Source: the human T2T-CHM13v2.0 reference genome, Homo sapiens. Taken from it: a stretch of 64,000 nucleotides of DNA. Both the position numbers and the translations under genes were made by a program. This document shows positions 26,248 to 39,063 of this stretch, piece by piece. The number at the start of each line of letters is the position of its first letter. The first letter of the stretch is position 1. Location: the NCBI RefSeq assembly GCF_009914755.1, contig NC_060942.1; one strand, given 5' to 3'. The notes beneath the pieces are model-generated. The model was not told where the DNA came from, searched no databases, and saw only the letters and a list, made by a program, of their open reading frames with translations.

Positions 26248-29091
26248 TCACAGGCTATGGTGTTTACTAAATGGAATAACAAACGAAAGTGTTTTACAAA
26301 TAAAAGGTGGTATTGTGGCTTTCCCCTACTCCATTTCTCTTCAGGCAGCTTGTTGGAAATTCAGGTTTGCCATCTTAACATGTCTGCCTTAGCATCCATA
26401 TCACACTTCATGCTTGGTTCTTAGGACACAGACCTCTAAATTCTGTTTTGTTTATATCTGAAAACAGTAGGCATAGTGCATTAATTAGGCAACATCAACT
26501 CATTATTTTTGAAAAAAGTAGGGCTTTCCTAACAAACATTTCAATTATTTCAGAATTATTTCGAAAACCTAAAGAGAGCTTATCATTGTATTTCTCATGT
26601 TGAAGGAGTGGCTTCCTGGCAAATGTGTTTGGTTTTATTTCTGAGTTACAATGTCCCTTCCTATTCACATGCACCACTGTGACTCAGTGTGTTTGACAGC
26701 TTTGGCCCATACACAGCATTTGCTAAATAGCTCTATTGCCCTCTTTCCTTCAAGGAGGCTATTTTTATATTATTAATGGATGGGAATCGTGTACATCCCT
26801 TGGACAAGTTCTTGTAGCCTTGCATAGAGTTCTGCATAGGGTTTAGGATTTGTTTCAAAAAAAATTGGGGAAGATCAGAGAAATGAATTTTTTAGGGCAG
26901 TCCCTTCTTTCTTCCCCTTCTTCCCTTTCTTATTCCTTGTCATGTTTCTGCATTTAAAAAAGTAGACTTCTTTCTCATTTAACCCATTTTTCTTAGTTTA
27001 ATTTAAGCATTCCAGGAAAACAAACTTTTACGTGTCAAGATCAACGAATGTAAGCATGTTCAGGAGGTCACATAATACATTTCTAGTAGAACAAGACAAG
27101 CAAATTGCCTGACCTCTCACTTTGTATTGTCCACTCTAAGTACAGATACTGTGTTTTCTGTATTACACATTATTTTGTAGAATCAAATTCTTGTTAACAC
27201 ATGATATGGAGACACTCAACAAAAATTGTCAGGTCATTGGCTCTTAAGGGAAAGGGACCAGAGTTAGAACCTTCTACAGACACTTACACACTATTCCAGC
27301 TCTGGCCTGTAACACTTGAGCAAATGGCAGCAGGGCAGCAAATGATACCCTGGGGACCTGTAAGAATGCTGGCAGCTGCTTATCTCCCCTCTCCCCAAAG
27401 GCCGTGAAGTCCTAAAGCAGATTTCGCAAGTTTGTATTTCTATTTGTGTTGAGAAACTAAAAGTTTAACCAACCCTCTTTCTTGCTGCCTCACCTGCTAC
27501 CACTGCAGTGTGGCCCTGGAGTGCCTGGTCTCACTGAGTCTTTCCTGCTCAGTTTGTGTGCGCCATGGCCTCTCCGCGGTGCACGTCGTAGCACCGGTGT
27601 TAAGTGGCAGTGAGAAAACACTTCTTCAGAGAATAAGAGCGTCTCTAGGACATACCTAGGCTTTTGCTGTATCTGATGCATTCTTGGGGCTAATTTAGGA
27701 TAGGAGACTGGGTTCCATTGCCCACAGAGCTGAAAAATAATAATACATTTTCCCATTGCTATAAATTGTCGCAAGGGTCATTTACCACGTCTCTGATTCT
27801 CAGTGAGCAGGTGAGCACTGTTGCGGGGGAGACAAGCCAGAGCAGGACAGGCCCGTGCCACCGAAAGGAAAGGGCCATGCTGTTGCCTGCTGGTGCTTCC
27901 TCGGGAATAAAACGAGAGCGGCATTGGGTGCGCAGAGCCAGGGTCACTCAGCCTATCAAGCGAGTCTCTTGCTCGAGAGCCACCTGGTCCTGTCCGATTC
28001 ATTCAATCAGACCCATCGTTGAGAACTGGAATTTCACCAGGGATGGGCTGTTTTCCGGATTTTCCAGGGTTTATCACACTTAGCTAATACTTGGTGTGCA
28101 AAATGAAAGATGAAATATCTTCTGATATCTTTGTTTTTCTTCAGCCGTCATCAACCATCATTTTTCAACCCTGTGTTTCTGTTTTACTTTATGTTGCAAA
28201 GTCTTTCAAAGTAGTCCCAAGTGCTTTCCTTAGCTACCCCTCACCGGGGTGGTAAATACGCCTCTCCTCGGCCCCACCGCACTTAGAGATGGCTTCTGGC
28301 AGCGCTGGGATGGGCAAATGACCTCAAGCTCCTGAGGGCCTCTATCAGCGGTGTTCCACATTATTGATAGCAGCAGAGATATTGACAGTCTGTGCTTGGA
28401 AGGAAAATAGGAGTTTGATATGACATATTGTGTGTCTCAGCAAGACTCATAAATAATTTTGACAAGTTTTTGTATGCATGGGAAAGTCCTTGATTCAGCC
28501 TCCCATAAAAATAAACTTCTATTATGGAATGTATTTGTCAAGTGACTGCTTGATGGATGGAGCTGCATTTACCCCTTGGCAGTTCGATGAGTTGTAGATG
28601 CACAGCTTACCAGAGAGGATTTACGGGCAGTACAGAAATAATTATTCAGTATGAAATGCATAGTTCCTCTACCTGAATTTTCATTTTTTATTATATTTCG
28701 TTTCTGTTGCATTTCTGGTCTAAAACAAAAGAACTTGCCTTTTTTTTCTCTAGAGCTATTGTTTGGTTGAGGGTTTATATTAAAGCCTGTGAAGAATCTG
28801 ATTCAGCCCAGACCCTGTCCCAAACTTAGCTGGCGTATTTTCATTGAATGCAGAGTTTTAGGGTTATTTCTTGAGAGATTTACAAATATATATATATAAA
28901 ATATGCTCTTTGGAAAATTCATTTCTATTGAGATTGAAAACCTTGGACATTGACTGCCTTATTTTTTTTCTGAGGTTATCACAGCTTATTTACTTACTTA
29001 AATGTAATTATTCATCCACATTTCTGCTACAGAAAGCAGAATTTGTACTTAAATTCTTGTCTCCTCACTCTGAAACCTTAAAACATGTCAT

Positions 29092-29125
29092 CCCCGCCAC
29101 CCCCCCCCCCCCACCCCCCACCGCC
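29092..29125 (-). repeat. C-rich tract (G-quadruplex-capable on minus strand)
   Basis: ccccgccac + C12 + acccccca + ccgcc in otherwise AT-rich sequence. Confidence 0.75.
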
Positions 29126-29649
29126 AACTTAGAATTACTTTCTTATCATACACACTCTAAGTGAGTATCCTTCAGTAAGCTGGAAACTTAAGGAAGTATC
29201 AAATCCCCACCCTCCTGGGATGCTGCCCAGCTTATCGCACGAGAGCTCTTGCTGGTCATGTCTGGTCATCCTGCAACAAACCTCAGACTTGGGAATGTAT
29301 GTTTGAGGAGACTAAAGTGAACAGCGGGTCTATGGGAGTTTTGATTCTTCGTTAGAACATAGTACTGACTTTTTAGAAGGATTTCCATTTGTTGAATCTC
29401 CGTTAAAATAAAGTCCTGGATCCAAACAAACTGCGGTGAAATCAGACACTGAGAGAGGCATGTCGGATGAACGGACCCTCCGTGCTGTCTTGGAGGAGGT
29501 GTCTTCAGGGATCAGCCTCAGAACTGATGGAGCTGCGACGTGCAGTCCTAATATTCTTCCTCTGCACTGCCGCTCCTATTTCTTGAGAATGGATTGTTAC
29601 TTTCTTGAGAATGATTTGTTGTCCTTTCAAAATGACAGCTTTTAGATGT

Positions 29650-30860
29650 ATTGATCTTTCCTATTATATCTTTGTTTTATGTTTGATCATTTCTACTCTT
29701 ATGATTTATTTTCTGCCTTTTACTTTGTTTACTCTTATTCTTTTTTCTAACTTAAGTTGAATGCTTAATCAGTTAATTTCTTTTCTTATATAGGCATTAA
29801 CACTAGAGGTCCTAAATTTCCCTCCAAGTAATGTCTTAGCTGCATCCTGTAAGTTTTTATATTTGAGAATTTGTGTAATCCTTTATCTAAATACATTTGA
29901 TTTCTTCTTCAGTCTCAAGATATTTTAATTGTCCTCGTACCTCCTGATGTTGGTGGGTTTTAAAAAAATTTTCCTCCTTATTATTAATCTATAATATAAT
30001 TGCACTGTAGCCACAGAAGGCAACTCTATGAGCCAGTTCTTTGAAATTTGTTGTAGCTTGCCTTTTGGTACAGCAGTGAGCCCTTTGATAAATGTTTCAT
30101 CTGGGCTTCCATAGATTAAGCTTATTAATTGTGTCTTGCAATCATCTATATCCTCACTAATTTGTCTGCCATTTACCAAATACTGAGAGAGGCATGTTGA
30201 AGTTTTTTACTACAAGTGTGATTTTTTTTCTTTTTTTTTCTTTGCTTCTTAATAGTTTAAATCTATTGTTAGATACAACTATGTATAGAATTCTTATATG
30301 TTGCTGGTAAATTGAACTTTTTATCAATATGAAGTGAACTTTATCTAGAATGCTTTTTGCCTAAAAGTCTATTCTGTTGCAGACTACTAATTGCACTTCT
30401 TTTTTGATTAGTAGTCACATGATGCCTCTTTTTCATTTCAACTTTTTCAACTTTTTCTGGAGGTTAAAGTGGATCTTTGAAAGTTTCATAGAGCTGGATT
30501 TATTGTTTCATAATCCTGTCTGGAAAACTTGGTGTTTTGGCTGGAGCATTTGGGAACATTTAAGTCAATATACTTACTGTTAGTATTTTTTATTTATTTA
30601 TTTATTTCTACCATATTTGTATTTCTATTTCTCTTATCTTTTCTGTTTCTTTTTTCCTGCTTTCTTGTATCCTTTGAGACTAAGGTTTTTTACCTCATTC
30701 CATCTTTTTTCTTCTGCACATTCTTTTTCTGTTCTTTTGGTGGTTAGCTTAGACATTTTAACACACATGTGACAAGTGTAAATGTTGCTAACACCTGTTA
30801 TTTCCCTTGTCACACAACACAGGGCACCGCAGCGCCTTAGTCTAGTCCTCACGACCCTTT
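29650..30860 (-). mobile_element. Old L1M ORF2 fragments (antisense)
   Basis: T-rich antisense L1 motifs: ctaaatttccctccaagtaatgtcttagctgcatcc; tcttgcaatcatctatatcctcactaattt; ctgagagaggcatgttgaagt; ttgctggtaaattgaacttttatcaatatg. Confidence 0.7.
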
Positions 30861-31069
30861 TGCGCTAACAAGTGTGCAGACCCACAACTCCTGGACATTC
30901 TCGCACACAATCACTCTGCTGCTCCTTTTTTCCTAATATTTGAAAATGAACCTCCACCAACATTTTTCTCTCTGTCAAGTGAGGTCTGAATGCAAAACGT
31001 TGTACAGTTTTCTTATATGCAAAGTATTTCATTTCTATGGTCTCTAATGTGTTAGAATCGATATCTAAA

Positions 31070-31920
31070 TAATTGGTTCAATTTTCTGATCAACTTTGTG
31101 TGTCAGGTGCTTTGCTCAGAGCCAAGGTCCATAGAATAAAGGAAATAGCTGCTGCCTTCACAGAGTTCTTAACCTAGCAGAAGAGGAAAATATGTTCACA
31201 GGTAATGACACTACTGTAACATGGGAAATCCTCCATGGGAAATTTACATCAGCTGCTTTGGGGTACACATAGAGGCAGCCCATCACTCACTCAGGTCCTT
31301 GCAGTCAGGATGTGCTGTTGAGTTACAAGCTAAATTTCGAAAGTGGTTTCTAGACAGGGAAAGGTAAATGGTTTTCTCGGCCAAAGGAATAACTCATTGA
31401 AATGCACAGGCTCAAGGGGAATAAGTTTAGTGTGGCTAGTCAAAGACCCTGTGTTTGGGAGTGACTAGAGATGAGGCTGGACAGTTGAATTGGGAGTGAA
31501 TTGGGAAGTTCACTGAATGCCATGCCAAGGAGTTTAGACTTGATATCACCTGTGGGCAGCAGGGGACCCATGGAGGTTTTATTGCTGACCTCCGTGCAAG
31601 TCCCTTGAAGGATACACCAAATAATGAATGCCTACACTGTTCCAGGCACAGCACCAGGAAAAGTCAGGAGTGGCCATAGCCATTCCAGTCTAATGGAGAT
31701 GGGCTCATGATGAATCATTATACAGATGATTCCAAATCACAGCTGTGAAGCTGCAAAGAAGGAAAAATGTCAGGGACCCTGAAAGGCTATATAGTTATGG
31801 GACATAACTAGCTTCAGTGGTCAGGAAAAGCTCCTCTGAAGAAACGACCTTGCAGCTGCTCTGCAGACCTCAAATGAGCTCCCAGGTGACAGAAATTGCA
31901 GAAAGTCATCCCCGGATAGT
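31070..31920 (-). mobile_element. L2 fragments
   Basis: tgtgtcaggtgctttgctcagagc...ctgccttcacagagttcttaacctag; tgaatgccatgccaaggagtttagacttg; atgaatgcctacactgttccaggcacag. Confidence 0.55.
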
Positions 31921-31959
31921 GGCGTTTTTCATAAATGTTTTCATTTTAACAGCGTTGCA

Positions 31960-32760
31960 AATATGGTTGCAAAAAAGCTCTAATGATTACTAGTGAGATT
32001 AAACATTCTTTCTTATTAGTCATTTGTACTTTTTACTTTGTGAATTCCTTGTTCATCTTTTAACTTAATCATTTGTTTTTAAGATGAATATATATGTGTG
32101 ATTTCTGGTTTTAGATTCCTAACTTTGTAATGCAGGGTAATAGGAACATTTCCACTACCTTCTGATCTTTTGCGGTTTTACTTTTTATAAATCCAAACCT
32201 TTAGTTCATTTGGAGATATTTTGCTGTAAGGCGTGACATAAAGATATAATTTTTTTCCCAAATGGTTATTTTCCCCAGTGCATCTAGTGAATAGTTCATA
32301 CTTTGAATCTTTGATTGACAATGCCACCTTTATCTCATGTTCAATTCTCATATATATTTTATTTTTCAATAAAGATTCTTCTGTTTCAAACACTTATCTT
32401 CTTCCATCCCAGGGACCCATTATCCTCCTTACAGCATTTCTATTCTGTTTTAATATTGAGTAGAATAGGCTCCCTTTCTCTTCTGTTTATTCCAGAATAT
32501 ACTTTCAGGGAATTGGCATCTTTGTAACATTAAAACTTCATTTACAAAAATACTATCTCTCACCAGTTACTCAAGTTTTATTGTTAAGTCTTTAAACCAG
32601 CTTTTCCTATGTAGTCAGTATTTTGTAGCAATTGTGAGTAGAATTTTTAAATTATATATTGCCTTCTTATTGGTATATAGGAAAGCTATTGACTTTTGTC
32701 TATTTTTCTTGTATCAAGCCACTGTACCCTGTCCTATTAATTCAAAACTGATTATTTTAC
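31960..32760 (-). mobile_element. Old L1M fragments (antisense)
   Basis: tgattactagtgagattaaacattc...ttagtcatttgtacttttt; ttggtatataggaaagctattgacttttgtctatttttcttgtatcaagccact. Confidence 0.5.
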
Positions 32761-32995
32761 ATTTTATAAAAGGTAGCCCTTATATTTTAATCCACAAGCA
32801 ATAAGTGATAGGCAGGGAAATAATCACACTATAAGGTCTTCAAATATTGGTGCCTCAGGGAAAATTAAACCAGGTATGAACTTGTGTGGATGACTTGATT
32901 TCTAGCTATGTGTTGATTAATGCAGTGAAGTAACCGTTCTTACAAGAGTAGATTAGGGGAGAGAGAAAAGGAATTTTATGAACAATGACAAGCAA

Positions 32996-33242
32996 AAATA
33001 ATAGCTATCACTTGTTCAACACTTACTATGCCAGGCACTGCTGTAAGCTTTCTACAAATATAAAATCATTTATTCTTCATAATGGCTCCTGTAGGAGTAC
33101 TATTATTTTGCTTCATAGTAAAGTAAACCCGGACGTAGATAGCTACAGTAACTTATTCAAGATAAAAGTTACAGAGCCTGGATTTGAACCTATTCAGGTT
33201 GATTCCAGAACCCAAGTCTTAACCCCACTACACTACACTGCC
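32996..33242 (-). mobile_element. Near full-length MIR
   Basis: aataatagctatcacttgttcaacacttactatgccaggcactg...tcatttattcttcataa...cagagcctggatttgaacct...gattccagaacccaagtcttaacc matches antisense MIR end to end. Confidence 0.8.
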
Positions 33243-34549
33243 AAGAAAATAGACACACCCTATTTCAATAGTCATAAGACTTTTGTTTTTGCATTTTATT
33301 ATTTCTAAAATCAGAAATCCCAATTATTTGTTTTAACATAGAATTGCATTTTACAAGCAGTGCTGTCCTAGACTTAAGGAAACAGAGTAAGTAAAATATC
33401 TTGGATTGGAAAGGGTGTGAAAGTGTAGAAATGCTAAAAGTCACAAAGTGGGAAAAGAAAACATTATGCACATTTTGTTGTTTTGCTTAAGGCCTTCATG
33501 CCAGCCATTGTCCTGAAAATCACGCTAGTAGTCATCCAGTCCATTTCTTTTCTGATCGTGTGTTTGCTAATAAAGGACAACTGTGATCTGACTTCCCAGA
33601 ATTCCCAACCACATATTTCCCCCTGTCTACATGAGATTTCATCTCATGAGATTTGCCGAGAGAAAGGCCAAGATGTATATTTCCAAAGAGCTCTCTGTGA
33701 CTGGCCAGGTCGAGTGTGGGATGTTTTGGAGGTCCAGACAAGTGATATGGGATATGCAGAGATTTGTGTGAACTGTTAATAGAACAGTGAGACTGACAGC
33801 TCACTCCAGGGCCATGTGTACAACTAAATTCCCAAAAACAGCAACAGTCATGTGTCACCAAAATAATAAGTGGGTCACAGGCTGATTTTCTGCCACTTCC
33901 TTGTGACTGCTAAGCATATGCCAGGCACGTTATTTTTTGTATCCCAGCTGCTTACACAATCAGATATGGTAAATCGGGCATGCTGAAAATTTCAGTCACA
34001 TTGGAATCAGCAGCAGTTGCATGAGCACAGCTGTATTTAAAAGCAGTGAGGATGTCCCAGACACTTTTACTATATAGCCATGGTGAAACCAGAAGGAACA
34101 ACTCCTGCCGTTGTCTTGTTTTACTTGAGAACTTGGGAGTACTTTTTGGTGCATATGTCTCTCTCCTTTATGTTAGACTAATAACGGTTTTCACATGCCT
34201 CCTACTTGTGGATCTATGTAAATGAATGTTTTCCTAAAGGAAAAAGCATATATTTGAAGAGCAAACAACACTTAAGTCCATGAAATGCTGCCCTGTCATA
34301 CTATCAAATAATGGCTCCTTGTCAAGTACAGTCAGATCTCCTTAAGAACAACAGAGGATGTGGCATCTCCAAATGGCCCACAAGAAAACTGTGCTTTATC
34401 CCCTGTGCTTTGTCAGGCAGTGAGTAGGAAGGGTGGTGGGAACACAGCACTTGGAAAACCTGTGTGGAATTAGTGGGTTGAAAAGCTGAGTCTTATTTAT
34501 AAAATCTCTTTGTTACTCTTGGCTTGTGTTTAGTTTTCATTTTTCTTAC

Positions 34550-34960
34550 TCGATATTTTAAATTTACCAAAGTAATAATGGACTTCTAGCAAGTAAAATA
34601 ACACAAACACGAATAAAGAAAAACCTGAAGACCTCCTCAGATACCCGCAAATCACTGCTCATAGCACTGTGGACTACCTTTCTCTGCGAATAAAAAGCAT
34701 GTGTCCCTTACACGTTTTTTGGAAGGTGTTTGAATACTATACATTTAATTCTGTAGTTTGCTTTTTTCCTCCAGATCAACAGATACAGATATAATTTTTC
34801 ATCTGAATAACTGTATAACAAAATAGAGCAGACATACCTTAGTTGATTCAGCCATTCTCTTACAAATGAACATTTGGGGTTTTACTCATTACCACTACAA
34901 ACAATGCTATATTAAATATTATTACACATAAAAAAAATCTTTGCTTACAAAGAATCCCAG
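34550..34960 (-). mobile_element. L1ME-type fragment (antisense)
   Basis: ttagttgattcagccattctcttacaaatgaacatttgggg...actacaaacaatgctatattaaatatt resembles an antisense L1ME 3' region. Confidence 0.4.
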
Positions 34961-35663
34961 TGATAAAAGTAAGTAGTAAGAAAATATTCATCCATTTAAG
35001 TTTTTTTCCCAAAATCAGAAAACACTTGTCAGTATTTAATAAATTTTTGTTGAACAAAAGAATGAATATTGGATTTATTTTGGTCTCAGTATTCTTATCA
35101 TGTCAAAATAAGCTCTACTTAAGTAGTACCATTTTAATAAATTGAATGTATCTTAAACTCGCATTATAATTCCACTTTGAAAAGGCTTATAAGGAGAAAT
35201 GAAAAATTATTGAGGCAAATTTGGTATATTTGTTTGAAATACTTCCAAGAAATATAATTTGTTGAAAGTATAAATTAGCCCAATGACAAATAGACTTTTT
35301 CTAGCAAGTGTTTAGGAAGATTTTTTTAATAGCCTAGTAAAATTTACATAGTCATTGAGAATAGGAGAATTTAAATTCCTGTTTTGTGTTTAAATATTTA
35401 TCATGTGACATATTAAAACTCTTCTTTTTAAACCTGCAAAAACAAGTTTCACCTGGTTATTGATATATTTAAATATTAAAGTAAATCTGTAACACTAGCA
35501 CTCTGTTACAGCTGTTTGACATGACAGTTGAGCTGTCACATTGTAGAATGTATCGTCAATACATTCTGTTTATGGTGTCCTTGGGCACCTGTGCTGAAAT
35601 CCATTTTCCGACACTTTTTGAGTTAGCTGAATGAACATCACAGGGCTTGAAGCCCACCTGCTA

Positions 35664-35887
35664 TACACATAGTGTATGTACACATAGTGTATGTACACAT
35701 AGTGTATGTACACATAGTGTATGTACACATAGTGTATGTACACATAGTGTATGTACACATAGTGTATGTACACATAGTGTATGTACACATAGTGTATGTA
35801 CACATAGTGTATGTACACATAGTGTATGTACACATAGTGTATGTACACATAGTGTATGTACACATAGTGTATGTACACATAGTGTAT
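35664..35887. repeat. Minisatellite, 15-bp unit TACACATAGTGTATG x ~15, perfectly homogeneous
   Basis: 14.9 identical copies, flanked by the inverted pair cctgctatacac (35657-35668) / gtgtatagcagg (35882-35893). Confidence 0.98.
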
Positions 35888-38800
35888 AGCAGGCTCTGGG
35901 GGTATCTACAGTGCACAATGCTGAAATGATTTGTAATCATTTTAACCCCAAATATTTTCTTTTCCAGTGTTACTACACTTTGCCAACGACTCATAGACAT
36001 GACATCAAATAAAAGCATTTTTTTCCAAATTATTGAAAATCTGAATTAGACTAGCAATAATAGAAAGGTTGGAAGCAGTTCTGCCCCCGTAATTCAACCC
36101 ATCACGCACCTTGGTAGAATTTGCCTATTCCAAAACCTCTGCTGTGGAACTTTTTTTTTTTTCCCCAACTTTGTTGTAAATTTGCTATTCGGCAATTCCA
36201 TTTTTTGTAGAAATGTTAACCTAATTTCATAATAGAAAAGAGATGATATAAATACCTTATTTCATGAATGGTTTATTCATTAAAATCTTGTAGTCATTTT
36301 AAATACATGCATTTTTCTAAATTCAGCTACTGGCTCCTTAGAGAGGTTTGTTTTTTTGTTTTGTTTTGTTTTTTCAAATTAACTCAGTATTACTAATGAT
36401 AGAAAGGGTCCTTTTTTTAAAAAAAAAAAAAAGGGTTTGTAGGAGGCACATAACGTGTGTCACTATGATAACAGACGTAGAACACCTAATTGTATCATGA
36501 AAAGGAGACCGTGCCTGATGCCCATAGAGTTTGAAACTTTTTTCCTTAATGTTTGCTATATTTATTTAGCCTATAATTGAATACACAGTCATTTTGCTGT
36601 GCTGCAGATCGCCTGCGTGGGAGTCAGGATGCATATTTAATGCCTGATTTAAAAAGAAAAAGAGATGCGGTGACATGTGGGCAATTGTAGGAAAGTGGGT
36701 TCTGTGCACATTCAAGTAAAGGTTTGAGAGAAACTCGTTTTTCTCTTTCTTAGAAAAGACATGATGTTTCACAGCAGGAATTGTTGTAGATCCGTATTTA
36801 TTAAGTGATGGGTAGTTGTCCTTTTCCTTTGCACTTTTAATGACAAAATCAAATGGCAGCAAAGAAAAGAATCTCTACTTACTTGGGGCACACCTCTTTC
36901 TTTCTTCCTTTATCTTCCTCTAATAAAAAAGGCCCCTAAGAGGTTTTGTCTAAGAGAGAAAAAACATGTGGCTTGGTTACCAGAGGAAAGAAAGGCAGCA
37001 GAAATGTTCTCCAGATTTTGCCCATGAAGCAAGGTCAAAACAGAAGGATTCACATGTAGTGAAATGTGTGTTGATTGGAGAGGATTGCTATTGTGGTTTA
37101 AGGGAGCATAATTTATTCCATCAGAGTACAAAGGCAGCAAAGTTACGTATACCACCAGCCTGCTTGTGCCCGTGTTCTCTGCGGGACCACCATGGTACCC
37201 CTGAAGAGCTCTGAGGAACCTTTTTCTGAAGGGCGTACAATTTCTAAAAATAAATTAAGCAAGTGTACTGCTTGCCTTATGTTTTTATCTGCTGTGTTTT
37301 CTTGATATTTGCCTTCTAGAATTACAAATAAATGACAGCCAGAACATCTTTAGGTTCAGTACCTCAGTGTATGCAGTACTGTTTCTGTTTCGCTTGAGTT
37401 GTGAGGAAATTCATTCACTACATTTCTGTCACCAAAAAGTCTTAAGATCCTATAGTCAAATCCTATAGAAGCTTTATATTTTCTAAGAAAAAAGCCTTCA
37501 ACTTCATGTAACTGCTACCAAATGAATTGGGCAGTTTGGGGTAGCTTGGTCCCAGCTTATTGAGGATGTACTAGGGGTTAAAAACAGTGTGAACTAATCA
37601 GTAGGTTCACCCACTGTTTATCTACTCAATATTTTAAAGCTTTCCTTTCTTGAGAAAGTAGGCAAAGTGTTTACACTGGGATTTGGGGATCTTAAGAAAT
37701 TAAAACTTTCATGTATCAATTAAGTACCTGGTCACCAATTTAATTTTTTATGGGGTTTGGTGTTCGAAATATAAAATCTTGTAATGTTTCTTCCCTTCTA
37801 AGATGGTCCTTTGTCCTTTTCTCAGTTTCTGGCTGACACCGAGTGCCCCCATGTTAATTTCTTCCAATCTAAGTCATCTCTACCCCTTCTTGAAGGTCAA
37901 GCCATTTTCCTCTTTCTTTTTTTGTCCTTTTATCTTCCTTCAAGTAACTCTGAGTTTGCTTTTGATAAACATGCACACAACTGCATATTCTTAACCAAAT
38001 CAGGGCTTTTCCTGTCAGATAAGTGGTTTTTCTAATCTTGTCACCCTCGTAAGTGGTCAGATTCTTAACTTTTTTTCTTCACCATCTTAAAACCATCGAC
38101 CAAAATAAAATATGTGACAAATGAATTTTAGTGCATTGAGGGTAAGGGACATGAGTCTCCGTTAGTCTTTTTCATTGATATTTCAAGTACATTTACGTGT
38201 TGTTTTTTTTATATACAAATTGAAAGTAAAATTTGAAAATAATTTGTATTACTTTTTTTCTTTAAAACACTTAAGAATTGAATAGGACTGTGCAGATGAA
38301 TAGAAAGTCAGCTTGTAGATGCCATGTTCCAACAATAATAGCTATTCCATGCCAATGAGTTGGAAATTTCATAGTAATTTAAGAAACATACATCATGTTA
38401 CTTAGTTCTAAGAACTGAAACAAATATTCTACAATGGAAGTTGATGGAACCTGAATGGATTAATTGTTTCAATTGAAACAGTAGATTATACATTCCTTTC
38501 CCCACCGCCATATTCGTATAGCCAGCTAATTTGGGGAGACTACTAATGTTTGCCTTTTGCTTTTGCTGTCATGCAGAATAGTGTGAAAGGGATATAATTT
38601 GTAGAATACTTTCATGTGATCTGAAGAAATGCTGAAGAATAGACTTTTAAAGTAGAAATATAAGGCAATAAATATTTTAGGGGAAAAGTCAATAATAAAT
38701 TGGACCCAACAGTTATTAGTAATTTGATTAAGTCTGTACCATGTGTAAAATTACTCTCAGCAGTCAGGGTATCGATGCTTATTATACTTATTGAAATTTA

Positions 38801-38966
38801 ACACTCATATACCATTTGAAAACAAGAAGACACATAACAAGCTATAAAAAATGAACTATTCCAAGATCTCCACTCTATGTATGAATAAGTGAGATGTACT
38901 CCGGTACAGCGGAAGAAAACAAAGCAACTCCAAGTTGTCTAAAGAATTATATGATGAGAACGGAGA

Positions 38967-39063
38967 ATATATATATATAATATATATGTTTATATATAAA
39001 TGATTAATATCATATAAAACATATAAACATTATATATATATATTTACATATATATATATATAT
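38967..39063. repeat. Imperfect (TA)n / AT-rich low-complexity tract
   Basis: Several interrupted (TA)n runs. Confidence 0.85.

Noticed and set aside
35570-36018. Five overlapping ORFs of repeated pentapeptides (YIHYV, CTYTM, CTHSV, VHTLC, YVHIV)
   Set aside because: Simple consequence of a 15-bp tandem repeat lacking stops in most frames; no promoter, splice or homology evidence.
38465-38480. 16-bp palindrome tgtttcaattgaaaca (similarly ttccgtgt-c-acacggaa near 55654-55670)
   Set aside because: 8-bp arms are expected about once by chance in 64 kb of AT-rich DNA.
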